The position numbers and the translations under genes were made by a program. The notes beneath the pieces are model-generated. The model saw only the letters and a list, made by a program, of their open reading frames with translations, did not search any database and had not been told where the DNA came from. Of a DNA stretch of 64,000 nt, positions 19,962-28,953 are shown one piece after another (positions within the stretch are counted from its first letter, which is position 1; every line of letters begins with the position of its first letter). The DNA lies in assembly GCA_963727445.1 (NCBI GenBank), contig CAVSGI010000021.1, forward strand, positions 256,001 to 320,000, read 5' to 3'. The DNA comes from an uncultured delta proteobacterium (lineage in GTDB: Bacteria > Myxococcota_A > Polyangia > Polyangiales > B10-G4).

Positions 19962-20549
19962 ATGAACGACTCGCTCATCTCCTCGCTGCCCTCCCTCGAT
20001 GCCATGCCCGACGAGCTGGAGGTCGTGGTGGTCCTCAACGTCGGCGACGACATCTCGACCGACGAAATAATTCCTGCGGGCCCCGATGTCCTCGCCGCGC
20101 CCAGCGACATCGCCAGTATCGCCGAGTACTGCTTCCGCAACATCGACGCTGGCTACGTCCGCCGTGCCCGGGAGGTCGGCGCCGCCCACGCCATCATCGC
20201 CGGCGACAACTACGGCAAGGGCGACGGCAACGACTACGCGGTGCTCGCGCCCCGCTCCCTCGGTCTTCGTCTGGTGGTCGCCGACAGCTTCGCGAAGGCT
20301 CACCACGACAGGCTGGTCGAGCTCGGCGTCCTGCCACTCACCTTCGTCGACTTCGACGACGACGCCGCGCTCGTCGGTGAGCGGCTCGTCCTCGAGGACG
20401 CCCGGCGGCGTCTCGGCACCGAGGAGAAGCTGATCCTCCGGCGACCCGACGGCTACCCCATCCGGATGCGCCACGCGCTGAGCAAGGAGCAGATCCACTG
20501 GGTCCTCGCCGGCGGGCGGAGCGCCTGGGAGAGTCAGCGGCGAGACTGA
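19962..20549 (+). CDS. Stand-alone aconitase/isopropylmalate-isomerase swivel domain with degenerate active-site residues
   Basis: GGAGG RBS; GDDISTDEIIPAG, AGDNYGKG, A.LAPR.LG, SFA..H...LV..GVLPLTF. Confidence 0.8.
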   Translation: MNDSLISSLPSLDAMPDELEVVVVLNVGDDISTDEIIPAGPDVLAAPSDIASIAEYCFRNIDAGYVRRAREVGAAHAIIAGDNYGKGDGNDYAVLAPRSLGLRLVVADSFAKAHHDRLVELGVLPLTFVDFDDDAALVGERLVLEDARRRLGTEEKLILRRPDGYPIRMRHALSKEQIHWVLAGGRSAWESQRRD

Positions 20550-20585
20550 TGGTTCGTGGCCGGGGGGCCGCGATACCCTGAAGCC

Positions 20586-22625
20586 GTGGCTCGATCCCTC
20601 GTACCCGCCATCGCCCTGCTCGTCAGCGCGTGCTCCAGCGGTCCGACGAGCATCCTGGTCGACCTCAAGACCGATCTGCTCCCCGGCATCGAGTTCGCGA
20701 CGGTCGAGACGATCCTCCTCGAGCCCGAGAGCGATGTGGGCCTGAGCGTCGATCACGCGGTCGACGCGAGCGCTTCCTATCTCGCGGGCGTTCGCATCGC
20801 CGAGTACGACGACGTCCAGATCGAACGGCCGCGGGTTCGCGTGCGTGTACGCAGCGACTCCGGAGAGTTGGTGGCGGTGCGGGACACCGTCGTGACCTCC
20901 ACCTCCGGGCGCCTGGCGGTGACGGTGGTCATCACGAGGGATTGCCGCGGCGTCGTATGTCCCATGCCGGGCGGAAGCGCAGAGGCGACCGAATGCTATG
21001 CGGGGCGGTGCGTGCGGAGCGATTGCTCGGTCGAGAATCGTTCCGCGTGCGGAGCGAGCGCTTGCACTTCGGATGCGGAGTGCACCGCGACCAGCAGCTG
21101 CGCGTCATTCCGATGTGAGGACGGCGCCTGTCTCGCCGAGCCGATCGAGGGTGCCTGTGCGGCCACCGAGTACTGCAGCATCGAGGGAGGCTGCTTGCCG
21201 CTCGCTGGCGACTGCGTTCCGGGATCGAGTTGCTCGACTGGCAATCCGTGCGAGGCGGCCGAGGTCGATTGCTCGACGGGTCGCGCCGTCTGTCGGGTCG
21301 TGGGGCCCGCACCCGCTGGAGAGCCGTGTCGAGAGGCCGTGGACGCATGCGATGCTCCCGAGACCTGCGACGGCATGTCGACCGCCTGTCCGGCCGACGA
21401 GCTCGCGCCGGTGGCCACTCCCTGCCCCGACGGCTACTGCAACGGACTCGGCACGTGCTCGCCATGCACAGCCGGCGCCGCGTGTGCGACCGGTGACGAG
21501 TGCGAGCTCGGTATGACCGATTGCAGCACCGGGTCGCCCGTCTGCGTGTCCGCCGGGCCGGCGCCGGCGGGTACGGCGTGCCGCGCTTCGGCTGGCTCCT
21601 GCGACGTCGCGGAGAGCTGCGACGGTGTTGCGACGACGTGTCCCCCCGACGCGTTCCTCAGCGGGGTCACTTGTCGTGCGTCGCTGGGCAGCTGCGATGC
21701 GGCCGAGTCGTGCGACGGAATGTCGCCGACCTGTCCACCGGACGCCGTCGCCATGGCGGGTACGGTGTGTCGGCCGACCGCCGTCGCCTGCGATGCACCC
21801 GAGCTCTGCGACGGCGCGAGCATCGGCTGTCCCGCGGACGCACCGCTGGCCACCTGCGGCGGCTCGTGGCGGAGTGCTGGCACCTTCATGTTCTCGGTGC
21901 CCGTCGCGTGCACGGCCTTGCGCGTCCGCGCGTGGGGCGCCGGAGGCGGGCATGGGCTCGGTAACACGCGCGCAGGCGCAGGCGGCTATGGGGAGGCGAC
22001 GATCTCGGTGACCTCGGGTGAGACGTTGGTCATCGCGGTCGGTGGTGCGGGTGCGAACGCGACGAGCGGCGCCGGCACGACGGGTGGCCTTCACGGCGGC
22101 GGAGATGGTGGCCACGGCTCCAGCTCGCAGGGAGGAGGCAGCGGCGGTGGGTTCTCGGGTGCGTTCCGGGGCTCCATCAGCCAGGCGAACGCGCTGGTCA
22201 TGGCGGGTGGTGGTGGCGGAAGCGGTGGAGGCGGCTCACCTCTCGCGGGCGCCGGCGGCGGAGCGAGCGGCCAGTCCGGCACGGGTGGTGGAGGCACCCA
22301 GACGATGGGGGGAGCCATCGGAGGCACGGGGGGAAGCCCGACCGCTGGGACCGCGCTTCAGGGCGGAAATGGCGGCGTGCAGACCAGCGGGGACGGCGGC
22401 GGCGGTGGCGGCGGCGGCTACTTCGGCGGTGGCGGTGGGGGTGGCGCCAACAGCGACGCTTTCGCGGGCGGCGGCGGCTCCGGCTTCGCGGCCGCGGGCG
22501 CCATGGGAGTGAGGCTCGTGACCGGGGAGCGAGGGACGCCGGCGCTCGCTACCGATCCGGATCGGATGGCTGCCGGCGAGGTGGCGGGTGATGGGGCGGT
22601 GCTCGCGGAGTGCGCCGCGCCCTGA
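20586..22625 (+). CDS. Lipoprotein with disintegrin-like Cys repeats and C-terminal glycine-rich domain
   Basis: VSAC lipobox; four CR....CD..E.CDG....CP.D repeats; F.VP....RVRAWGAGGG...GAGGY......V..GETL...VG..G. Confidence 0.8.
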   Translation: MARSLVPAIALLVSACSSGPTSILVDLKTDLLPGIEFATVETILLEPESDVGLSVDHAVDASASYLAGVRIAEYDDVQIERPRVRVRVRSDSGELVAVRDTVVTSTSGRLAVTVVITRDCRGVVCPMPGGSAEATECYAGRCVRSDCSVENRSACGASACTSDAECTATSSCASFRCEDGACLAEPIEGACAATEYCSIEGGCLPLAGDCVPGSSCSTGNPCEAAEVDCSTGRAVCRVVGPAPAGEPCREAVDACDAPETCDGMSTACPADELAPVATPCPDGYCNGLGTCSPCTAGAACATGDECELGMTDCSTGSPVCVSAGPAPAGTACRASAGSCDVAESCDGVATTCPPDAFLSGVTCRASLGSCDAAESCDGMSPTCPPDAVAMAGTVCRPTAVACDAPELCDGASIGCPADAPLATCGGSWRSAGTFMFSVPVACTALRVRAWGAGGGHGLGNTRAGAGGYGEATISVTSGETLVIAVGGAGANATSGAGTTGGLHGGGDGGHGSSSQGGGSGGGFSGAFRGSISQANALVMAGGGGGSGGGGSPLAGAGGGASGQSGTGGGGTQTMGGAIGGTGGSPTAGTALQGGNGGVQTSGDGGGGGGGGYFGGGGGGGANSDAFAGGGGSGFAAAGAMGVRLVTGERGTPALATDPDRMAAGEVAGDGAVLAECAAP

Positions 22626-22734
22626 TCCGTCACGATTCGGCGAACGGCGAGGAAGACCGACCCGAGGCGGTGGCGATGCAGCCGTCTCAGCTGACGGGCT
22701 TCGGAGCACGCGCCTCGAGAGCGATCGTCGCGGC

Positions 22735-24714
22735 TCAGTCGGTCACGTATTCGAGCCCCGCGCCCTGGCGTACCACGAGCCGGTAGTTGGCCATCACGTC
22801 GTCGAAGGTATCGACGCTGCCGCTGGTGTCGGGCCAGATGATCTCGACGCGGTCGATGGTGCAGGCGTCTCCGAGACCGATGGTGACGTCGAGGTCGTGC
22901 TGCAGGCCGAAGTGGCCCTGGCCGGCCTGAACTTCGCGCGTACGCGTGACGCCGCCCGCGGTCACCTTCACCAGCGCGCCGACCGCGCTCCGATTCGCGC
23001 CACCCGCCGCGGCGCCGGCGCCCTCGAGGTGGAGCTGCGTCCAGTTCGCGTCCTGCCCCGAGACGTTTTCGTAGACGCGCAGCGGCGGCCCATCGGTCCA
23101 GATGGCGGAGCAATCCCGCGCGGTGCTCGAGGAGACCAACAGGTCGAGATCGCCGTCGCGGTCGAGGTCCGTCAGCGACAGGCCGGGCGCGCACGGGTGA
23201 TCGACGCCGCTGGCGTCGGTGACGTCTTCGAAGGTGCCGTCGGCGAGCTGCCGGTAGATCCACAGCGCCTGATCCGGGTAGTCGCTGGTCCCGAGGAGCA
23301 CGTCCATGTGGCCGTCGTTGTCGAGATCCGCCAGCGCCGAGACGATGCCGCCCTCGTTCCAGGACGCGCCCACCCGTGGAACCTCGAGGCCATCGGTCGC
23401 ATTGCCCGGCCGGGAGAAGGTGGGGACGCCGCTCGCGTTGGGCCCGTCGTTGACCAGCAGCTCCGCCGAGTCGCTCGACTCGCCGATGTGCCAGTGATGG
23501 ATCTCGGCGCTGTAGAGCTCCATGTCCCCGTCGGAGTCGACGTCGGCGCACGCGGTCGTGAAGGTGTTGCCGTTCAACCGGAAGGGCTGGTCGTCGACGC
23601 CCGCGTTCCACAACACGCCGTCGCAGGCGACGCGCGGGGAGGGCGCGCTGCAGCTCCCGGTGGTCTGGCAGTAGCAGCGGTAGAACTCGTTGTCCGAGTA
23701 GTCGAGGTCGTCGTCTCCGGCGAAGCCGCTTTCGGCGCCCACCTCGCGATAGGTGTCGCCCTCGTGGAGCCAGAGCTGGTTCCAGCGCCGGCCGTATGCC
23801 GACACCAGGAGATCCGTGTCCCCGTCCTGATCGACGTCGCACGCCGTCACGCCGTAGGTAGGCGCCGCGGTGTCCGGCTGGTCGACGTCACCATCGGTGA
23901 GGAGGCCGGCGGCCTCCGTCTGATACTCGAAGGCGCCCCCACCCACGTTGTGGGCGAGCTCGTCCTGGATCCCGTAGAGCGAGCGTCCGTACTGCGCGTA
24001 CCAGTTGCCGATGTAGACGTCGAGGAGCCCATCGCGATCGTGGTCGAGGAGCGTCGCAGAGGTGGTGGGGACGATCCGGACACCGCTGGCGCTCCCCGCG
24101 AGCGGCGCGGACATCGGACCGAGGGAGAAGACGCCGGTGCCGTCGTTCAGGAGCAGCTCGGTGCGGTGTCCCGGGTCGGTGCCGGGATCGTTCGGGTCAC
24201 CGTTGGTACCGGAGAGGATGTCGACGTCGCCGTCGTCGTCGAAGTCGGCATAGACAGCGAAGTGTGCCGCGCGACCGACGTCCGGTGGGTCGCTTCGCGT
24301 AGCCCCGTAGTTGCTCTCTCGCGTGCGATCCTCGAAGTGGTCTCCGTTCACGTTCATCAGCACGCGGTAGTGATAGTCGCGCGGCTCTGCCGTGAAGTCG
24401 GTCGGGTTGTGGGTGCCGCCCCGATGAACGATCACGTCCGGATAGCCGTCTCCGTTCAGGTCACCGCTCGAGACGCGATTCGCGAGCACGTCGAGGCCCG
24501 CGGCGTCCACGCCCCACGCCGCCGTCACGTCGGTGAAGCGGGGCCCCGCGCCGGGCGCGCTGAAGCTCGCGCATCGCTCCGGGGGAGGGGGGGTGCCGGC
24601 GTCGGCGTCGCTGCCCCCGTCGCCCCCACCGTCGGCGGGCGGCGGGCGGCGGTCGCCGCTGCACCCCAGGGAAAAGACCAAAAGGACGAGAGAGAAGAAG
24701 GGGACGAAGCGCAT
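22735..24714 (-). CDS. CRTAC1-like FG-GAP repeat / ASPIC-UnbV lipoprotein
   Basis: SLGC lipobox; repeated D.D.DG..D motifs; FTDVT; NRSAVGALVKV....TRTREV..G.G...Q......GLG. Confidence 0.9.
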   Translation of the reverse strand: MRFVPFFSLVLLVFSLGCSGDRRPPPADGGGDGGSDADAGTPPPPERCASFSAPGAGPRFTDVTAAWGVDAAGLDVLANRVSSGDLNGDGYPDVIVHRGGTHNPTDFTAEPRDYHYRVLMNVNGDHFEDRTRESNYGATRSDPPDVGRAAHFAVYADFDDDGDVDILSGTNGDPNDPGTDPGHRTELLLNDGTGVFSLGPMSAPLAGSASGVRIVPTTSATLLDHDRDGLLDVYIGNWYAQYGRSLYGIQDELAHNVGGGAFEYQTEAAGLLTDGDVDQPDTAAPTYGVTACDVDQDGDTDLLVSAYGRRWNQLWLHEGDTYREVGAESGFAGDDDLDYSDNEFYRCYCQTTGSCSAPSPRVACDGVLWNAGVDDQPFRLNGNTFTTACADVDSDGDMELYSAEIHHWHIGESSDSAELLVNDGPNASGVPTFSRPGNATDGLEVPRVGASWNEGGIVSALADLDNDGHMDVLLGTSDYPDQALWIYRQLADGTFEDVTDASGVDHPCAPGLSLTDLDRDGDLDLLVSSSTARDCSAIWTDGPPLRVYENVSGQDANWTQLHLEGAGAAAGGANRSAVGALVKVTAGGVTRTREVQAGQGHFGLQHDLDVTIGLGDACTIDRVEIIWPDTSGSVDTFDDVMANYRLVVRQGAGLEYVTD

Positions 24715-24761
24715 CAGGCTTCCTACGTGACTTGCAGACCGCCAACCGGCAAGGTCTCCGC

Positions 24762-25715
24762 GTGAAGAGCCACACCCTCAGCGCGGAGATCTCGCTATCC
24801 CGCATAGGTTTCGGGTGCTGGCCGCTCGGCGGCGCCCCGTGGGGGCCGATCGACGAAGCCGAGGCGAAGGGAGCGATTTTCGCGGCGCTCGACCTGGGGA
24901 TCGATTGGTTCGATACCGCGCCCATCTACGGCGCCGGCGCGGCCGACACTCTGCTTCGCCGCGTCCTCGGGCCGCGGCTTCGGGAGGTCTTCGTCGCTAC
25001 CAAGGTGGGCGTTCGTCTCGACCTCGAAACCGATCATGCCGAGAGCGATTTGTCTCCCGCATACGTCCGCTCCGATTGTGAAGCGAGCCTCGCCCGCCTC
25101 GGCGTCGAACGCATCGACCTCCTGCAGGTCCACTGGCCTTGCGACCGCGGGACCCCGATCGAGGACACGCTCGGCGCGCTCGTCGCGCTCCGCGACGAAG
25201 GGAAGATCCGCGCCTTCGGTCTCTGCAACTACTCGGCAGAAGGGTTCGCACGCGCGCACGCCGTCGAGCCCTCCATCGTGTCGCTTCAGTCGCCGCTCTC
25301 TCTTCTGCGCCGCGAAGCCGAGACGGCGCTGCTGCCCACGGTCCGCGGCCAGGGCATCTCATTCCTCGCCTACGAGACCCTCGGCCGCGGTCTCCTCACC
25401 GGCAAGTACCTCGAGGAGCCGCGCTTCGACGACGACGACCTCCGCGCATACGATCCGCGCTTTCGCGGCAGCCGCTTTCTCGCCATTTCGGCGCTCGCGC
25501 GCACGCTGTCGGCTGCAGGCGAAAAGATCGGCGCGAGCGCGGCCGCGATCGCGGTCGGTTGGGTGCTCTCGAGGCCGGGAGTCACTCACGCCATCGTCGG
25601 TGCCCGCAGCGCCGCCCAGATCCGCGAATCGGCGCTCGCACCGCGACTGGCGGAGGAGCCCCGGCTCTGGGCGGCGATGGATCGCATTGTCGAACCCGTC
25701 ACGCCTCGCAACTGA
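24762..25715 (+). CDS. Aldo/keto reductase
   Basis: IGFGCWPLGG, FDTAPIYG, ATKVG, SLARLGVERIDLLQVHWP, GKIRAFG, GLLTGKY. Confidence 0.93.
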   Translation: MKSHTLSAEISLSRIGFGCWPLGGAPWGPIDEAEAKGAIFAALDLGIDWFDTAPIYGAGAADTLLRRVLGPRLREVFVATKVGVRLDLETDHAESDLSPAYVRSDCEASLARLGVERIDLLQVHWPCDRGTPIEDTLGALVALRDEGKIRAFGLCNYSAEGFARAHAVEPSIVSLQSPLSLLRREAETALLPTVRGQGISFLAYETLGRGLLTGKYLEEPRFDDDDLRAYDPRFRGSRFLAISALARTLSAAGEKIGASAAAIAVGWVLSRPGVTHAIVGARSAAQIRESALAPRLAEEPRLWAAMDRIVEPVTPRN

Positions 25716-25727
25716 ACGGCCGAGGCT

Positions 25728-26537
25728 TCAGCGGGCGCGGACGGTCGTCACGTCCAGCTCGAGGACCAGGCTTTCGTCCTGCACGAACTTCTTCCAACGT
25801 TCCACCACGTCCTGTTGCAGCGACTGTTGGCGTTCCGCGCCGGCTGTGGCGACCATCCCCGCGAGCGGCGTGCTGTGCACGTACTGCCACAGGAACGCTT
25901 CGGGCGGAGGGAGCGCGAGCCGCTTCCCAGACTTCTGAACGTCCACCTCCGTGAAGCCCGCGCTCTTCACGAGCGGCGTGAGCTGGTCGGGGTCGTGCAG
26001 CGAGAACACCGCCCCGACGAAGCCTCCACACTCCGGCGCGATGTGCTCCGCGAGCGCACTCTGGAGCTCCGCGAACGGCGCCGGTGTCGGTCCAGGGAGG
26101 TTGAGCACCAGGCGCCCGCCGGCAGCGAGCAGTCGGCGCATCTCCTCGAGGGCGCGCTTCTTGTCGGCGACGAACTGCAAGCCCATCTGACACAAGACGA
26201 CGTCGAAGGACGCGTCGCTCAACGGCGTCGCCTCGATGCTCGTCTCGTACCAGTCGATCGCAGCGTCGTCGGGCGCGGCGGCCCGCGCGACCGTCAGCAT
26301 GCCGGGGTTGATGTCCAATCCCGCCACGGTGCCCGTGCTCCCCACCCCTTTCGAGGCCAGCCGCGCGACGACGCCTGTGCCACAAGCCACGTCCAGGACC
26401 CGCTCGCCGTGCTTCAGCGCCGCCGCTTCGACGAGGTCTGCGGCCAGGGGCGCTCCGATGCTGGGCACGAAGTACCGCTCGTAGTTTTCGGGTCCGGTGC
26501 CCTGATAGTCGCTCGCGTCAAAAGTTGCTCGGGCCAT
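25728..26537 (-). CDS. Class I SAM-dependent methyltransferase (UbiE-like)
   Basis: GGAGGAG RBS; NYERYFVP, VLDVACGTG, GLDINPGML, FDVVLCQMGLQF. Confidence 0.92.
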   Translation of the reverse strand: MARATFDASDYQGTGPENYERYFVPSIGAPLAADLVEAAALKHGERVLDVACGTGVVARLASKGVGSTGTVAGLDINPGMLTVARAAAPDDAAIDWYETSIEATPLSDASFDVVLCQMGLQFVADKKRALEEMRRLLAAGGRLVLNLPGPTPAPFAELQSALAEHIAPECGGFVGAVFSLHDPDQLTPLVKSAGFTEVDVQKSGKRLALPPPEAFLWQYVHSTPLAGMVATAGAERQQSLQQDVVERWKKFVQDESLVLELDVTTVRAR

Positions 26538-26625
26538 CTCTCCTCCGTGCTGGGTGTATCTCCCATCACCGTAGAAGAGCGGCCAGCCGGCCGCATCGCC
26601 CGGATCAACCAGCACCGGTCGATTT

Positions 26626-26671
26626 GCCAATGGTCAAGATTGGCCAGAGGGCCCCAGAATTGACCATCGGC
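26626..26671. promoter_or_regulatory. Inverted repeat, candidate operator for the adjacent LuxR regulator
   Basis: GCCAATGGTCAA-N22-TTGACCATCGGC (11 of 12 paired) between the regulator and the methyltransferase. Confidence 0.5.
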
Positions 26672-26686
26672 AGAGCGCGCTCCGGA

Positions 26687-28330
26687 TCAGAGGAGGCCGT
26701 GTTCGATCGCGACCGCGCTGGCGGCCGTTCTGGAGCTCACACCGAGCTTGTCGAAGATGTTGCTCATGTGACGGGCGACGGTGTGCGCGCTGATCCCCAG
26801 CTCGCCCGCGATCCCCCGGTTGGTCTTGCCCACGGCCACCAGGGCGAGGACCTCGCGTTCGCGCTTCGACAACATCGCCAGCGCATCGTCGGCGGGCGAC
26901 GCGTCGCCGCGAGCCCGCGCCAGGTCCACGACCGCGCCCAACCTCTCGAAGATCGCGGCCGCCGCATCCCGGTGCAGCGTCGCCGTATCCGAATCGCCGA
27001 GCTGCTCGCAGGCGCGGGCGATGAGCACGCGCGTCCGCGCGGCCTCGTAGGGTGCATCGAGCTTCTGCCATTCGGTCCACGCTCTGCGCAGCGATGCGAG
27101 CGCGCCTCGCGCGTCCCCTGCGGCGAGAAGCACCGCACCCTCGGTGTGAGACGCGGACGCCGCCACCACCGGCGCATCCATCCGCCCTGCCATGGCGCTC
27201 AGCTCTTCGGAAGCGGCGCGCGCTGGGGATATCTCTCCCGCCTCGAGCATGATCTCCACGAACGGCCCCAGGATGCGCACACGCTGAAGTCCGGCGCCCG
27301 GACCCTGTGAGTCGCCGGCCTCCGTCTCGACTCGTCGAATCGACGCGGCGGCTGCGTCGGAGTCACCCTGCGCGAGGCGCAAGAGGGACGCGCCGGGCTG
27401 GGGCTCGAACCCGCGCTCAGCCGCCTTTCGATAGGCCTCCTCGGCGCGCTCGAGCTCACCCGTGAGGCGGTCGAGCTCGCCTCGTTGATAGAGCGCGCGT
27501 CCCATCAACGTTCGCGATCGCTTCGAGAGGAGCTCGCACGCGCGCTCCGCCTCGGCGCGCGCGGTGTGCCAGTCGCCCTTGAACAGCATGGCTTCGGCGC
27601 GGTGGACCAGGCATTGGCCGCGAAACGCGACCAGCTCTTGCTGGGCGCGGCACCACTCGTCCAGCGCGATCGTCCATTCGTAGGCGCGGTCGAGGTCGTG
27701 GGCGCGCTCGCAGGTGAGGATGACCGCGCAGTAGATGATGCCGGTCAGGATGGGAGACACTCGCCCCGACGTGACGGCCACCATCGCCTCGTCCAGCAAG
27801 CGAACGCCCTGTCGCGTTTGCTGCATCTGCATCAGCGCCTGCCCGTGGCCGAGCACACCGATCGCCAAGAGGTCGGCGTCGCCGAAGCGCTCGCCGAGGG
27901 CGGTGGCTCGTTCGAACGCGGCACCCGCCGTCTCGGCGTCGCCCTGAAACATCGCGAAGAGCCCACCCATCACGAGCACCAGCCCGCGCTCCGCGCACTC
28001 GTCCTGACGCCCCGCGAGCAATCGCTCGGTTCGCGACAGCCAGCCCGAGCTCTGCGCGCTCTTCCCGCTGAGCGCCAACGAGAGGCTCAACCAGAAGCCC
28101 AGTCTGGCTGCGCGCAGCGACTCGCCTTCGTCCACGAACGCGTTGTGCGCTCGGGTCCACGCGGCGACAGCCGCCTCGTCGTCGCCGATCAGGTAGGCGG
28201 CATTTCCGAGACGCTCCAGGTCGTCGGGCGGAAGGCCCGCCTCCGCGTCCGCGAGAGCGAGCGCTTCATACGCTGCTCGCCACCGCCGCTCTGCATATGC
28301 GTTTCGCCCCGCGTCGACCGCGCTCGCCAT
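26687..28330 (-). CDS. LuxR-family transcriptional regulator (helical/TPR-like N-terminus, C-terminal HTH)
   Basis: LSKREREVLALVAVGKTNRGIAGELGISAHTVARHMSNIFDKLGVSSR; IIYCAVI..C; GQCLVHRAE. Confidence 0.92.
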   Translation of the reverse strand: MASAVDAGRNAYAERRWRAAYEALALADAEAGLPPDDLERLGNAAYLIGDDEAAVAAWTRAHNAFVDEGESLRAARLGFWLSLSLALSGKSAQSSGWLSRTERLLAGRQDECAERGLVLVMGGLFAMFQGDAETAGAAFERATALGERFGDADLLAIGVLGHGQALMQMQQTRQGVRLLDEAMVAVTSGRVSPILTGIIYCAVILTCERAHDLDRAYEWTIALDEWCRAQQELVAFRGQCLVHRAEAMLFKGDWHTARAEAERACELLSKRSRTLMGRALYQRGELDRLTGELERAEEAYRKAAERGFEPQPGASLLRLAQGDSDAAAASIRRVETEAGDSQGPGAGLQRVRILGPFVEIMLEAGEISPARAASEELSAMAGRMDAPVVAASASHTEGAVLLAAGDARGALASLRRAWTEWQKLDAPYEAARTRVLIARACEQLGDSDTATLHRDAAAAIFERLGAVVDLARARGDASPADDALAMLSKREREVLALVAVGKTNRGIAGELGISAHTVARHMSNIFDKLGVSSRTAASAVAIEHGLL

Positions 28331-28438
28331 ATCCGATCCGTACTACATCACACAAAACCGCGGGCGGCATCGCTTGCGAAAGCGGATCGGCGATTTATCG
28401 TGCGCGCTCATCGATAGCTCCGAAGTCAGGAGGGCGTG

Positions 28439-28906
28439 ATGGAAACGCCCCGCTATGCGATTCGAGTACCCAAACAGGAAATCCTCCGAGCGAAGTGTCT
28501 CGAGCGAATCCTCTCACGCGCGATCCCCAAGAAGGGACCGGTGAGCCGCTCCGTCCTCGCGGCTTATGCGTTCCGCAACGACGAGGCGCTCTTCGCGCGC
28601 GAGCTGCTCACGCGCGCGACGCAGATGTGGCTCTTCCGTTCGAATCAGCGACGCTTCTGCGGAGACTTCGTGGTGGTCGACATGTCCGCTCCGTCGGCGG
28701 AGTCGCGCCGGGCGTGGGTCATCGACCTCAAGCGGGGCGCGCGCCTGAGGCTCGGCGGCGGTGGTGCCGGGGTCCAGCTCGTCAACGCTCCGACCGCGCT
28801 GGCGGAGATCGCCCACCGCACGGGCGTCCTCGCCCCATCGCCTCGGGCCGAGCGGGTGGTCGGCGATCGACGCGCCGTCTTGCGCCATCTCGGCGTGGCC
28901 GCGTGA
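28439..28906 (+). CDS. Hypothetical protein, possible PD-(D/E)XK nuclease fold
   Basis: AGGAGG RBS; E...GDFVVVD...VIDLK...QL. Confidence 0.6.
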   Translation: METPRYAIRVPKQEILRAKCLERILSRAIPKKGPVSRSVLAAYAFRNDEALFARELLTRATQMWLFRSNQRRFCGDFVVVDMSAPSAESRRAWVIDLKRGARLRLGGGGAGVQLVNAPTALAEIAHRTGVLAPSPRAERVVGDRRAVLRHLGVAA

Positions 28907-28953
28907 GGGAGACACGGGACGCCGGCGGAAAACGCACCTATATTGGCGGCAGC

